Program-made: the position numbers and the translations under genes
NCBI GenBank assembly: GCA_951406725.2
Contig: OX597826.1
Span: 67,084,001 to 67,148,000 of the forward strand
Direction: 5' to 3'
Source: Octopus vulgaris
Taxonomy: Eukaryota
DNA length: 64,000 nt
Notes under the pieces: generated by a model
What the model was told of the DNA's origin: nothing
Seen by the model: the letters and a program-made list of their open reading frames with translations, nothing else
Databases searched by the model: none
Shown: piece by piece, positions 13,396 to 26,078 of the stretch
Numbering within the stretch: the stretch's first letter is position 1
How the letters are laid out: every line of letters starts with the position of its first letter

Positions 13396-13641
13396 CTGTA
13401 ATAGTTGGTTCTGTCTTCTTCATCCTTGCAAGACCAAACATAAATCGATCGTTTTATCCAAAAATATTCCATACGTCTCGATAACTGCGCCACTAAAAAT
13501 ACTGCCTAATTATCACCGTTACATATGTACGTTAGCATACATACATTCATAACCCACTTACATATCTATCTTCACAGACACACTGACGCAGACACTCGGA
13601 CATATACGTATATATATGCATACATACACGCAGATAGACAA

Positions 13642-13686
<45 letters not shown>

Positions 13687-13749
13687 CATATATATATACA
13701 TATATATATATACGTATATATATATATATGTTTCCATACATATATACAT

Positions 13750-13802
<53 letters not shown>

Positions 13803-14611
13803 ATATATATATGCATATATATAGGTATATGTATATATATATATACGTATATATATATATACATATATATATATATGTATATATGTATGTATGCATATAT
13901 ATATATATAATATATATACGTATATATGTTGGTATGTATATACATATAAATATATGTATAAATATATATATATAGAAGTGTTCTTACATATGCATATATA
14001 TATATGTATATATATACAAACAAACACATATACGCACACACAAACACACACACATATACATATGAATATTTGTATGTATATATGTATGTATCTATATAGA
14101 TGTATATGTTGATATATATATATATATATATACTTATATATATATACACACAGACACTCACACACACACACGCATATACATATATTTATAGACGTACAAT
14201 TGCAAAAAAAACACTTACACACACGTGTGAGTGTATGAGCGTAAATTTACACACAGAAATATATGTACGTGCAACCGATGTGCATAATTCAATTCCCTCC
14301 CATGCGCACACATACCCCCCCAACACACACACACACAACTGAAGACTTGTATTCTCATTTTACATCCATTTAGATATTCTGACTGATACAGATACAGAGA
14401 CACATACAGGCGTATCTACAGTTACACGCAAATCATTGCTATATTTCCACGCACACACACACACTGACACAAAAATATGAATAGTTCTTATTGTACTCTT
14501 CTTCTTCTTACAACCCTTTTCTTTTCTTCATAGGCTCATTATCTCTCACTTTTCCTTATATACAATGTCCTATCCACATTTAGACGTAGACATGTATGTC
14601 TGTGCGCACAT

Positions 14612-14643
<32 letters not shown>

Positions 14644-14644
14644 G

Positions 14645-14712
<68 letters not shown>

Positions 14713-14714
14713 AG

Positions 14715-14890
14715 ATCAGTAGCCACTACACACGTTTTCTCTCTCCTTGTTTCTCTCCTTGTTTCATTCTGTGGAAGAGCGTAGGCTCGAAACGTTAAAG
14801 AGTTTTTCAATTCCCGAGCGTTATACTAATACATCTGTTTGTTGTCTACACCACCTGTCTTCTTTTGCTTCTTTGCTGAATTCTCCCTAT
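14715..14890 (+). mobile_element. Penelope-like terminal-repeat fragment with hammerhead-like motif
   Basis: CTGTGGAAGAGCGTAGGCTCGAAACGTTAAAGA, flanked by (TA)-rich repeats. Confidence 0.65.
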
Positions 14891-15332
14891 TTATACAATA
14901 CATACATACATGTATGTATATATGCATATGTACATATATGTACGTATATGCATATATGCGTATATATATAAATATATATGTCTATATACATATACACACA
15001 AACACACACACGTACACACAGAGAAACGTACGCATATATACATTTAGATAGATTGACATACACATATATGTGTTACATATACATATTTATATATATGTGT
15101 CTATATATGTATATAAAGAAGCAGAGAGAGTGAGATAGAGAGAGATAGAGAGAGAGAAAGAGGGGGGAAGATAAAGAGAGAGGTAGCGGCAAACCATCAT
15201 TCCCTGAGATTACATTTACAATATAAAGATAAGAACTCTGAAAAGCAACAATCTATCATTATCCATCGTAATTTTTGGAAACAAGAATATTGCTATATGG
15301 AAGAACTCTTTCCTTAAAATCCTATAGGTATA

Positions 15333-16238
15333 TCAGGTCATTAGGCTTGAAATGTCCGATTTTCTTATGCACCAAATTTGACAGTCGCTAACTCTAATGT
15401 TTTATATGGGCAATTCTTTGTTTTACAACATTGAAAATTTACATCATCAATTTTCGAAATGCAATTAATGGTGTTTGATTATATTGTGAGCTTTTTCTTG
15501 TAAATCAATTTTTATGAACCACTTGATCGATCAAAAATTCGTGTTGTTTATGAATATGAGATCCGTCGAGGAACCAATACATCCCAGACAGCTCGAAACA
15601 TCAATGAGGTGTTTGGTGAAGATGTGGCGAATGAGCGTACTGAATGTCGATAGTTTGGGAAGTTCCGGGCTGGTGACTTTACTCTTGAAAATCAGCCCCA
15701 TGGTAGACCTGAGACAAAAGTGGATAATGATGAACAGGAAATTGTAGTGGAAGGGGATACATCTGAAACTACGCGTTAGTTAGCGGCATGGTTTGATGTT
15801 TTGATTCCAAGTGTATTGGACCATCTGAAATAAATCGTCAAGGTAAAGAAGCTGGACAAGTGGGTACCACACGAACTGAATGAGCATCTTGAAACTTGCT
15901 GTTCTTTGCTGTCACGGCATAAAGCAAACCATTTTTGCATCGTATTGTTATGTGCAAAGAAAAATGGATTCTTTTCAACAATAGCAAGCGTTTTGAGACG
16001 AACTGCCAAAATACAATCCAAAAATGCATATTCACCAAAAAAAGCTAATGGTGTCTGTTTGATGGTCCGGCTTTGGTGTCACTCACTACAGCTTCATGAG
16101 ACTTCGTAAGTCACTTACATTCGATGTATGCATCAACAAATTGGATGAAATGATGAGTGAACCTGCTATTAAACAACGGAGGTTGGTCAATAAATATTTT
16201 TCGGTCCAAAATAGGACATTTCATTCATAATGACCTGA
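15333..16238 (+). mobile_element. Internally deleted mariner transposon (transposase pseudogene)
   Basis: ~31-bp TIRs TCAGGTCATTA...GAAATGTCC.ATTTT with TA TSDs; peptides FRAGDFTLENQPHGRP, KKLDKWVPHELNE, PFLHRIVMC, KWILFNN; catalytic C-terminus missing. Confidence 0.92.
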
Positions 16239-16396
16239 TATTTCAATCCTGAAAGACTTCCTCTTGGAACCATATTCACCACGGTTCGATGAACATAAGA
16301 AGACCATATTTAAATATTGAAAAGAATATGGAGTAATTACAATGTCTGAGTATATGAATAATGGCTATACGAAAGAAAATATTACTTGAAAAATTT

Positions 16397-16402
16397 TATC
16401 TG

Positions 16403-16498
<96 letters not shown>

Positions 16499-16499
16499 C

Positions 16500-16567
<68 letters not shown>

Positions 16568-16600
16568 TTATCTATCTAACTGTCTGTCTGTCTGTCTATA
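16397..16600. repeat. (TATC)n tetranucleotide repeat
   Basis: Direct reading; also at 5990-6295, 52026-52455, 63125-63378. Confidence 0.95.
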
Positions 16601-16739
16601 CACGACTTGAATGAATGTGTACTCAACATCAAGGAGGAGGATAAACAATGGCTTTTAATTGGGTTTTCTGGAACATAAGGTCTCATGCTGGCGAAAATAA
16701 GCCTCTCTTTAGCCATAATTTAAAGTGTAGCTGAGTTGA

Positions 16740-16801
<62 letters not shown>

Positions 16802-16870
16802 ATGTACGTATGTATATAGGTTTATATATATATATGTCTGTATATATCCATATGTGATATAACTATAAAT

Positions 16871-16910
<40 letters not shown>

Positions 16911-17179
16911 TATATAAGTATATATATGTATATGTGTATATTTACGTATATCTATATAGATAGATTCATATATATACGCATATATATATACGTGCGTACA
17001 TACGTAAAGATATGTGTGTATGACGCGTGCGTGAATGTGTGCGTATATGTGTCCGTATGAGCGTGTATGTGTGTGTACACACATATATGTATATATATAT
17101 ATACACATATACATATATATACATATATATATATATATGTATGTCTATATGTATATATATATATATATATATATACATA

Positions 17180-18080
17180 TAGAGTGTCCCAAATTGTATT
17201 CAGACTTCGACAGTAGATAACTCAATTCTTTCAATTCTTCTTAGATTTAACCAATTAGATACATTGAACGCAGCCGCACAACGAGTAAGCGTAAAGCGCT
17301 GCAAGAATTTGGAAAACGCTGTCAAAATTCAAAGACGTTTTAGGAACGGATTTTAAGGAATCCACCTACGTGACTTAAGCGTTATTCAATTTAAATATAA
17401 GTTTGAAGTTGACGGAAATGGGTCGAATGACCACAAGAAATATTCTGGAAGACCGCAGACACTTACGAGACCCACAAAGCAAGAAAGGTTAATGGCAATA
17501 TACTGCCAGAGTTTAAGAAAAACTATTCGGTAGCAAATTACGAAGCAGGATTTTCAAATCATGCGTCTGCTGTAATTTGATGAGTTTTCATGGGAAAATT
17601 CATATTTGGAGCATTGTCTACATCCTCAATGGAAATTTTCTGGAATGATTGGTGCAATTTTGGGAGTTGCACTTGATAAGATGTGTAGAAGATGCACACT
17701 TTCCAACAAAGATTGTTTGCAGTGGTGAGGCTGCATTTTAATTACATGACTTAATTCACGGTTATAATTTACATCTATTGGGATCTAAGAATCTGTACAT
17801 GATGTTATTCACTAGGGGTTATAATATGGTGCATCGTATTCTGAAAAAGATTTATTGGACCATTCTTTTTTTTATGGTACTGTGACTGGCTCCCGTTTAC
17901 TTGAACTTGTGCAATCTGTCATGCGAAACAGTCAAGAAATCTTTGAAGATGTCGAGATTTATTTTCAGCGAGATAGCGCACCCTCACACTATCATAGCAC
18001 TGTAAGGGCGTACCTTGAGGAAACTTAGCTAAACTGGTGGATTGGAGAAAGAGGTTCTCTTAAGATACTTTCCGCGTTCT
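17180..18080 (+). mobile_element. Decayed Tc1/mariner transposon of DD41D (rosa-like) type
   Basis: [65 protein letters not shown]; breaks off before the third catalytic residue, so subtype is inferred. Confidence 0.8.
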
Positions 18081-18099
18081 AATATACATTCCTCATACT

Positions 18100-19236
18100 A
18101 ATATACATTGTACGGTGATGTAGCATAGCCTCATCATGTGGAGGTGACAAGAAGTTGACAAGTGCTTGGGTCTGTGGGTTTCCACTCAGGATAGAACCCG
18201 AGTTTTATCCGCCGGGACCTGGGTGGCATCATGTGGAACTGACAAGAAGTTGACAAGGGATTGGGTCTGTGGGTTGCCACTCAGGATAGAACCCGAGTTC
18301 TATCCGCGGGGGCCTAGGCGGCAGCGGAGCCATCATGTGGAAGTTACAAGAAGTTGACAAGGACTTGGGTCTGTGGATTGCCACTCAGGATAGAACCCGA
18401 GTTCTATCCGCCGGAGCCTGGGTGGCAGCGGAGCCAAGCACCTCAATGTCAAAATTTTGCCTTCGGCTGATTGCGTGGGGTCAAAAGCGGTTTTGACCCT
18501 GAGGACCCAATCAGTCAAGAATCTGGGGTTTCCAGATTTTCTTAAAATGGCCTTTCTAGGTATCCGGGGATTCTTGAAGGACGCCCCCACCCCAAGTGTC
18601 CCCTGTGCCTGGAACCAGATCACATTAAAAAAAAACTGTCCACAGGACCAAGGTAAGGTCCTGGAACAGTTAGTGATGGAAGAACTCCCACATCCTCCTT
18701 CGGAGGGAGAGATGGAGGCAGTGATGATCCCCTACCCCCGAAATAAAGGGGGAAAAAGGAAGAAGGTGGGCAACAATGGTTGCCCACCGAAGGACCTCCA
18801 AGGCTCCAGAAGGGAGGAAAGTTCCTCCGGTTAAAGCGGAGGAACTACACGCTTCCGTAGCAAAGGAGAGAAAAACGGGACAGTGCCGACTGTTAATACA
18901 CCACCGGCATGTTCCAAATCCCCGTCGATGGGAATTGTGCCACCGACGGTGGAAGTTGTGGCCTCGACCCAATGAAGGAAGAATGTTTGGTTTTATCCTG
19001 AAGGGGAGAGACGGTGGGAAAGTTTGCTAAAAAGTTTGCCAAGGGAGGAGACATAACCTGCATTAACGGTAGCTGTGGAGGTAATCTCAGACACAGATAA
19101 TGGACTCCTTCCCAGAAGATGTATTCCACTTCCGATTAAGACACCCTGACCTGGCACTATCGGAATGTTTGAGTGATGCTTTGAGCATGGTCGGGTGCCG
19201 GCGGGGCGGAAAATTGTAAAATTAAGAGACTGAGTG
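18100..19236. other. Unidentified GC-rich insert, probably a retroelement fragment
   Basis: Sharp composition shift; possible 9-bp direct repeat CCTCATACT at 18091-18099 and 19237-19245; broken ORFs with no recognised domain. Confidence 0.45.
18132..18434. repeat. Three tandem 95-104-bp GC-rich monomers with internal hairpins
   Basis: Units start 18132, 18227, 18331; each has GGATAGAAC-CCGA-GTTYTATCC. Confidence 0.95.
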
Positions 19237-19560
19237 CCTCATACTGAAAGAGCTTATGGCCCATAAGAGAAAATGTAAGAGGCCTAGTGTCTCAATTTTA
19301 AGGACATGGTATTATTTTTGGTATGATGCTTAGTGACTCATTGTAAGGAACTTGTGTCCAAATGGAACATTAGTAAGTCGTTTATTACCTCAAATTTTAT
19401 GTTTTGTAAAAGAACAATGTTTTAGAGAAGCAGAGATCGGCAGGCGTATTATGCCTTCCCTCATTAATACCATTTTTGTCATCATTCATCTAATTAATGT
19501 TATTGTCCAGCCCGCAGTTACTACTTCTGTGTAATGTCTTCATGGCAAATTGAATGGAAT

Positions 19561-19691
19561 AGAGTGGCTTGCTTACCAACCACATGGTTACGGGTTCAGT
19601 CCTACAGCGTGGCACCTTGGGCAAGTGTCTTCTTCTATAGCTTCGGGCCTTGTGAGTGGATTTGGTAGATGAAAACTGAAAGAAGCCTGTC

Positions 19692-19739
<48 letters not shown>

Positions 19740-19976
19740 ATTTGTGTGTGTATATGAGTGTATGTTTGTGTGTCTGTGTCTGTCCCCCGCCCACCATCGC
19801 TTGACAACCGATGCTGGTGAGTTTACGTCCCCATAACTTAACGGGTCGGCAAAAGGACCGATGGAATAAGTACTAGGCTTACAAAAAATAAGTCCTGGGG
19901 TCGATTTGTTCGACTAAAGGCGGCTTTCCAGCATGGTCGCAGTCAAATGACTGAAACAAATAAAGGAATAAAAGAA
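19561..19976 (+). mobile_element. SINE family A
   Basis: Collinear with 11673-12031. Confidence 0.92.
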
Positions 19977-19998
19977 TGCATACACACGCACACACATA

Positions 19999-20074
<76 letters not shown>

Positions 20075-20132
20075 GTGTATATGTATAGGAAGAGTGAGAG
20101 TAAGAGAGAGAGGGAGAGAGAAAGAGGAAGAA

Positions 20133-20161
20133 AATTAGTGAAGTAGATGCATAGAAACATG

Positions 20162-20192
<31 letters not shown>

Positions 20193-20214
20193 CTATGCAT
20201 CTACTTCACTAATT
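20133..20214. repeat. Inverted repeat with 29-bp arms centred on (TA)n
   Basis: AATTAGTGAAGTAGATGCATAGAAACATG-(TA)n-CATGTATCTATGCATCTACTTCACTAATT, 1 mismatch. Confidence 0.92.
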
Positions 20215-21051
20215 ATATGCATATATATATGTAAGCGCGTGTCACATGTCCACCACGGCGTAATTACTAGTTAACACCTTAAGCAATTGATCTGACAACC
20301 ACTAAATTTCCGACTTACTCACACTAATGACAAACTGAAACCTTGAACTAGAACCAATTAGATATACGACCCTTATAATCAATTAAGCATAAAAGGCGAT
20401 AGAAACAATTTAAACCAGATCTTAGACCCATACCAGATATTGTAAAAAAAAAAAAGACCCCAAATTACGCAGACATGCACGTGTGTATGTGTGTGTATAC
20501 TTGCGGACGTGTCTCTGTGTAAAGTATGGCTGTGGATGTGCATGCATATACTCACACGGGCACTTAGTTTTATTAGCGCTGAATTTTGTTGGAGGTACGA
20601 GGGAGGACTTCATCAATACAAGTTGCAGACTATATCGTTAATTGATACTCAATGTTTATCTCGCGGCTGGAGTTTCAATAAAGTATGCATGCACACACGC
20701 ATACATACGTACATACACACTGACATACATACATACATACATACATACATACATACATACATACATACATACATACATACATACACACACATACATACAC
20801 ACATACATACATACATACACACATACTTACACGCATATATATGTATAGATGCGTAAACATATATATGTATATAATATATCATATATATGTATATATATAT
20901 ATATATGTATATATATGTATATATATGTATATATATACATATTATATATCGTTATTACATATATAATATATATATATACGTATACAATATTATATATATA
21001 TATCTTATATACATATCGTGTATTGCATTATATTATATATATGTCTCTCTT

Positions 21052-21091
<40 letters not shown>

Positions 21092-21577
21092 CTTGTGTGT
21101 GTAAGTGTGGGTATACATTTATATATATAATATATATATATATATATGTGTGTGTATGTGTGTGTGTGTGTTTATGTATATATGTATTTGCGTGTATATT
21201 ACTATATTTTTATAGAGGCAATATTAGCTGATATGTGGTAGGTGTTCCCAGACACAAGGGTTCGTATTTGTGTATTTGAAGGACGTTTGTCTGGTTGCTC
21301 GTGTAGGATGATTAATGATGTCAGGTTTCCCCTCGTTGGCCACTGGCAATCATATATACGTGGTAATTAGGAGCAGAGAGACTGAAGTTATGACCATGAG
21401 CGACAGATTTTGGAGAGAATACATCCGAAGAGTGTCAAATCATGTTCGGTGGAATAAAACATATGACTGAATATAGTAATTTTTAGCTGAATATAGTAAT
21501 TTTTCAAGTTTTATACAATTACTTACCCGGTCCTCGCCATCGATGTATGTAACTGAGTTACAGCTAAATGTATATAC

Positions 21578-22135
21578 TCTTTACTCGTTTACTCTTTTAC
21601 TTGTTTCAGTCATTTGACTGCGGCCATGCTAGAGCACCGCCTTCTTTAATCGAGCAACTCGACCCCGGGGACTTATTCTTTTGTAAGCCCTGTAACTTAT
21701 TCTATCGGGTCTCTTTTGCCGAACCGCTAAGTGACGGGGACATAAACAAACCAGCATCGGTTGTCAAGCAACGCTAGGGGGACAAACACAGATACACAAA
21801 CTCACACACATATATACATATACATATATACGACAGGCTTCTTTCAGTTTCCGTCTACCAAATCCACTCACAAGGCTTTGGTCGGCCAGTAACTTATTCT
21901 ATCGGGTCTCTTTTGCCGAACCGCTAAGTAACGGGGACATAAACAAACCAGCATCGGTTGTCAAGCAATGCTAGGGGGACAAACACAGATACACAAACTC
22001 ACACACATATATACATATACATATATACGACAGGCTTCTTTCAGTTTCCGTCTACCAAATCCACTCACAAGGCTTTGGTCGGCCCGGGGCTATAGTAGAA
22101 GACACTTGCCCAAGGTGCCACGCAGTGGGACTGAA
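21578..22135 (-). mobile_element. SINE family A with ~197-bp internal tandem duplication
   Basis: 21692-21888 repeated almost exactly at 21889-22085. Confidence 0.92.
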
Positions 22136-22440
22136 CGTTGCGTCATGTATGTGCCAAGAATTATTATTAACTCTCACACGAACACACATACACACAATTA
22201 TCTGTAGGATTAATTTAAATCGGGGTATTTTAATATTAAGGACACCAAACGACTCTCTTGATTGTTACGGAGTTGAGAGGGACAATCCATAATTTTTTTC
22301 CGAACTAAATTTTAAACTTTTGATTAACTACACATGAGGCAATCGGTTATTTTCATCAATAAAAATACGCCTGAATCAGCTGTAGTGAACCTTTTACCCA
22401 TTTGTTCTCTCATTTACATGCACACATACACACATATATA

Positions 22441-22726
22441 TCACGTGATTCCGTGACCGACCAGGTTATCAGGTGTTGCTACACATCGCTGGTTACAATG
22501 CGCTTCGCATTGTTTTAGCCTTCAAATGACGTCACCCCGCTGGCGAAGCGAGCAGGCCAAGAGAAAAAAGAGTGAGAGAAAGTTGCGCCGAAAGAGTACA
22601 GCTGGAACCTCGTGGAGCTTTAGATGTTTTCGCTCAATAAACACTCACAAAGCTCGGCCTGGGAATCGAAACCGCGATCCTACGACCGCGAGCCCGCTGT
22701 CCTAACCACTGGGCTATTGTGCCTCC
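22441..22726 (-). mobile_element. SINE family C2
   Basis: Collinear with 9571-9867. Confidence 0.9.
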
Positions 22727-22760
22727 ACACACACACACATACAGACGCACATATACACAC

Positions 22761-22807
<47 letters not shown>

Positions 22808-23189
22808 AATACACGTACACAGACACACGCACACAGACACACACGCACACACACCCACAGACACACACGCACACACACCCACACTCACACACACATATAC
22901 TCTTAATTACCACGTATTTATGATTGCCTGTGGCCAACGAGGGGAAACCCGACGTCATTAATCATCCTACGAGTCAGCCAGACAAATGTCCTTCGAATAC
23001 ACAAATACGAACCCTTGTGTCTTGCTGGAGCTATGACGCATCAGTTAATATAACACTATAGTAATATACACGCAAATACATATATACATAAGCACACGCA
23101 CAAACGTGCACGCACACACATACACACACACACTCGCATATGTATATTACACATACATATATGTATGGACGCCCCAAAACACATACCTA

Positions 23190-23258
<69 letters not shown>

Positions 23259-23460
23259 TAGTAATAAAATATTAGGGAATAAATCCAAACTTACAGGGAA
23301 AAATCAGATTTAGGATTGAATCCAATTTTATAGTAAAATATTATATCTTTTTTTAATAATTTTGATATATATTTAAAATAATATAAATTAATTAATATTA
23401 TGTATTGGCTTAAGTTTTTCATTGTTTGATTTGCCTAATAGTGGTTTTATCTCTAACTTA

Positions 23461-23538
<78 letters not shown>

Positions 23539-23556
23539 CATTGTGATTAATATAAT

Positions 23557-23976
23557 CTTTACTCTTTTACTTGTTTCAGTCATTTGACTGTTGCCATGCT
23601 GGAGCACCACCTTTAGTCGAGCAAATGGACTCCAGGACTTATTCTTTGTAAGCCTAGTACTTATTCTGTGGGTTCCTTTTGCCGAACCACTAAGTTATGG
23701 GGACGTAAACACACCATCATTGGTTGTCAAGCGATGTTGGGGAGGGGGACAAACACAGAAACATATATACACACTTACATATATATATACATATATACAT
23801 ATATACATATATACGACGGGCTTCTTTCAGTTTCCGTCTACCAAATCCACTCACAAGGCTTTGATTGGCCCGGGGCTATAGTAGAAGACACTCACTCAAG
23901 GTACCACGCAGTGGGATTGAACCCGGAACCATGTGGTTCGTAAGCAAGCTACTTACCACACAGCCGTCCCTACGCC
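23557..23976 (-). mobile_element. SINE family A, full length
   Basis: Head to (GTAAAAGA) tail present. Confidence 0.93.
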
Positions 23977-23980
23977 TAAT

Positions 23981-25462
23981 ATGGCACCAAAAGGAAAAGG
24001 AAATTTCTGAAGATTTGAAGAAAATTAGTTTTAATTTGCACAAGAACGGTTCAGGATACAAGTTAATTAGCAAAGGAATACATATTAGCGTAAACACAGT
24101 TGCCAAATTAATTCAGAATTACAAAGCAACTGGACAGCTAAGCAATAAACATCATGCAGTTCGCCCTTCTATTTTAACTGCACGTGACATTCGCCACATC
24201 TAAAATTGTGTGATGGACAACAAGTGTCATACCTATTTCTATTTCTATATTACCCACAAGGGGCTAAACACAGAGGGGACAAACAAGGACAGACATAGGT
24301 ATTAAGTCGATTACATCGACCCCAGTGCGTAACTGGTACTTAATTTATCGACCCCGAAAGGATGAAAGGCAAAGTCGACCTCGGCGGAATTTGAACTCAC
24401 AACGTAACGCAGACGAAATACCGCTAATCAGACGAAATACCGCCCGGCGTGCTAACGTTTCTGCCAGCTCGCAGCCTTAACAAGTGTCATACCGCTTCAT
24501 CTGTGCGCCAAGAAGTGTCTTCTGTTAGTGGAAAATGTGTATCTGCCCAAACATTTCGCTGAAGTTTGAATCAGTGTTGTCTTCAGGGATGGATTCCTCG
24601 CAGGAAGCTCCTCCTCGTTTCCAAATTTAGTCGTTTGTATTTTGCCGAAACCTAGGTGAGGAAGGGGAAGTTTTGGAATAAAATTCTTTTTTCTCACGCG
24701 GCTAAAATCAACTTGTTAGGGTCAGATAGTATTAAACAAGTATGGTGACGACTAGGTGCAGATAATAGCGACAAATGCACCATGCCTGCGTTGAAAAACT
24801 GCATCGGAAGTGTTATACTTAGGGGATGTATGAGTGCGGCTGGTATGGGAGGACTCACATTTATTGAGAGAACAATAGATTCAAGGCTTTATTGTGACAT
24901 ATTGCAGAAAAGAATGTTGAAAAGCATCAAGGAACTTTGAAGACATTCCATGTTCGAGCATGATAATGACCCTAAACATACTTCAACGATGAGGACTAAG
25001 TTTTTACCAGATAAAAAGGTAAAAATATTGCCTTGGCCTACCTGGTCATCTGATTTAAACTCAATACAACATCTGCGGGGTGTTTTGAAAATGAAGGTTG
25101 AGGAGAAAAGAACCCGCAATGTAATACAGATGAAAGATATCATTCATCATAAATGGAGGTCGATTCATCGGTTATAGGCGGAAATTTAGTCAACTCTATG
25201 CCCAGCAGACTTAATGCAGTGATTGAAAGCAAGGGCAGTCACACCAAATACTGAATATAGTAAATAATACTTTAGGGTGTACATATTTTTGTAACGTTTG
25301 AAAATTGATATTTCGTTCATATCTTTGAAAATGTTTGTATAATGTTTGCGTGTACAATATATTTTATTCAGGATAAATTTCGTTTGATTTCTTTCGACAT
25401 CATCAGAGTAATGGCAAATTACCGAAATTTTTTAGGAGTGTACATACTTCTGGGAGATGTTG
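23981..25462 (+). mobile_element. Decayed Tc1-like (DD34E) transposon
   Basis: MAPK..EISEDLKK..GSGYKLISK; FEHDNDPKHTS; WPTWSSDLNSIQHL; SMPSRLNAVIESKGSHTKY*; repeated GTGTACATA motif near 25276 and 25438 suggests an IR/DR end. Confidence 0.92.
24234..24478 (-). mobile_element. SINE family B monomer inserted in the Tc1 transposase
   Basis: Perfect 15-bp TSD AACAAGTGTCATACC at 24219-24233 and 24479-24493. Confidence 0.95.
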
Positions 25463-25615
25463 TATATATATATGTAAGTGTGATATAACACAGTACTCAA
25501 TATAGATAACTGTGGAGGATTGCAATGAGTTTTATGATCCATTTTCCAAAAGCTTTATATATCTCCGTAGCTCTCTCTCTCTTTCTCTCTCTGTCTCTCT
25601 CTCTGTCTCTCTCTG

Positions 25616-25679
<64 letters not shown>

Positions 25680-25682
<3 letters not shown>

Positions 25683-26078
25683 TTATATATAAAAGTGAAG
25701 TTGTGTGTCTGTCTCCTACGATTTAGATTCCTAACTACTCTCACATTTTGCGGTGCAGTTTAACCAAAACCGGGTATCTTATAGTCGTGATTCATATCGA
25801 GCCCTTCTGGGTATTAGCGCGCGTCTACCATGAGTCTACGATTTAAAAAAAATTTACCATAAATTTTTTTCATTTTAATGCATTTTTTCACTATTATATA
25901 AGGGAAGTAACTCTCTAAAAATGTCTACGATGAGTCAACGATTTAAAAAAAAATTTACCGTCATTTTTTTTTTCCATTTTTAATGCATTCTTTTGCTATT
26001 TTTTGGCTATAACTCTCTAAAAATGCTTATATAGTTATTTCCCTTACAAACCCGAGCAACGCCGGGCGATACTGCTAG
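25680..26078 (+). mobile_element. Non-autonomous Helitron
   Basis: 5' TC, subterminal hairpin CCCGAGCAACGCCGGG, 3' CTAG, A|T insertion site, no TSD. Confidence 0.88.

Larger units (their letters stand above)
21165..23097. repeat. Long inverted repeat pair, ~200-bp arms at 21165-21373 and 22900-23097
   Basis: GACACAAGGGTTCGTATTTGTGTATT..GGTTTCCCCTCGTTGGCCAC and its reverse complement. Confidence 0.9.

Noticed and set aside
18132-18434. CRISPR-like array
   Set aside because: Whole units repeat with no unique spacers; eukaryotic context; no cas genes
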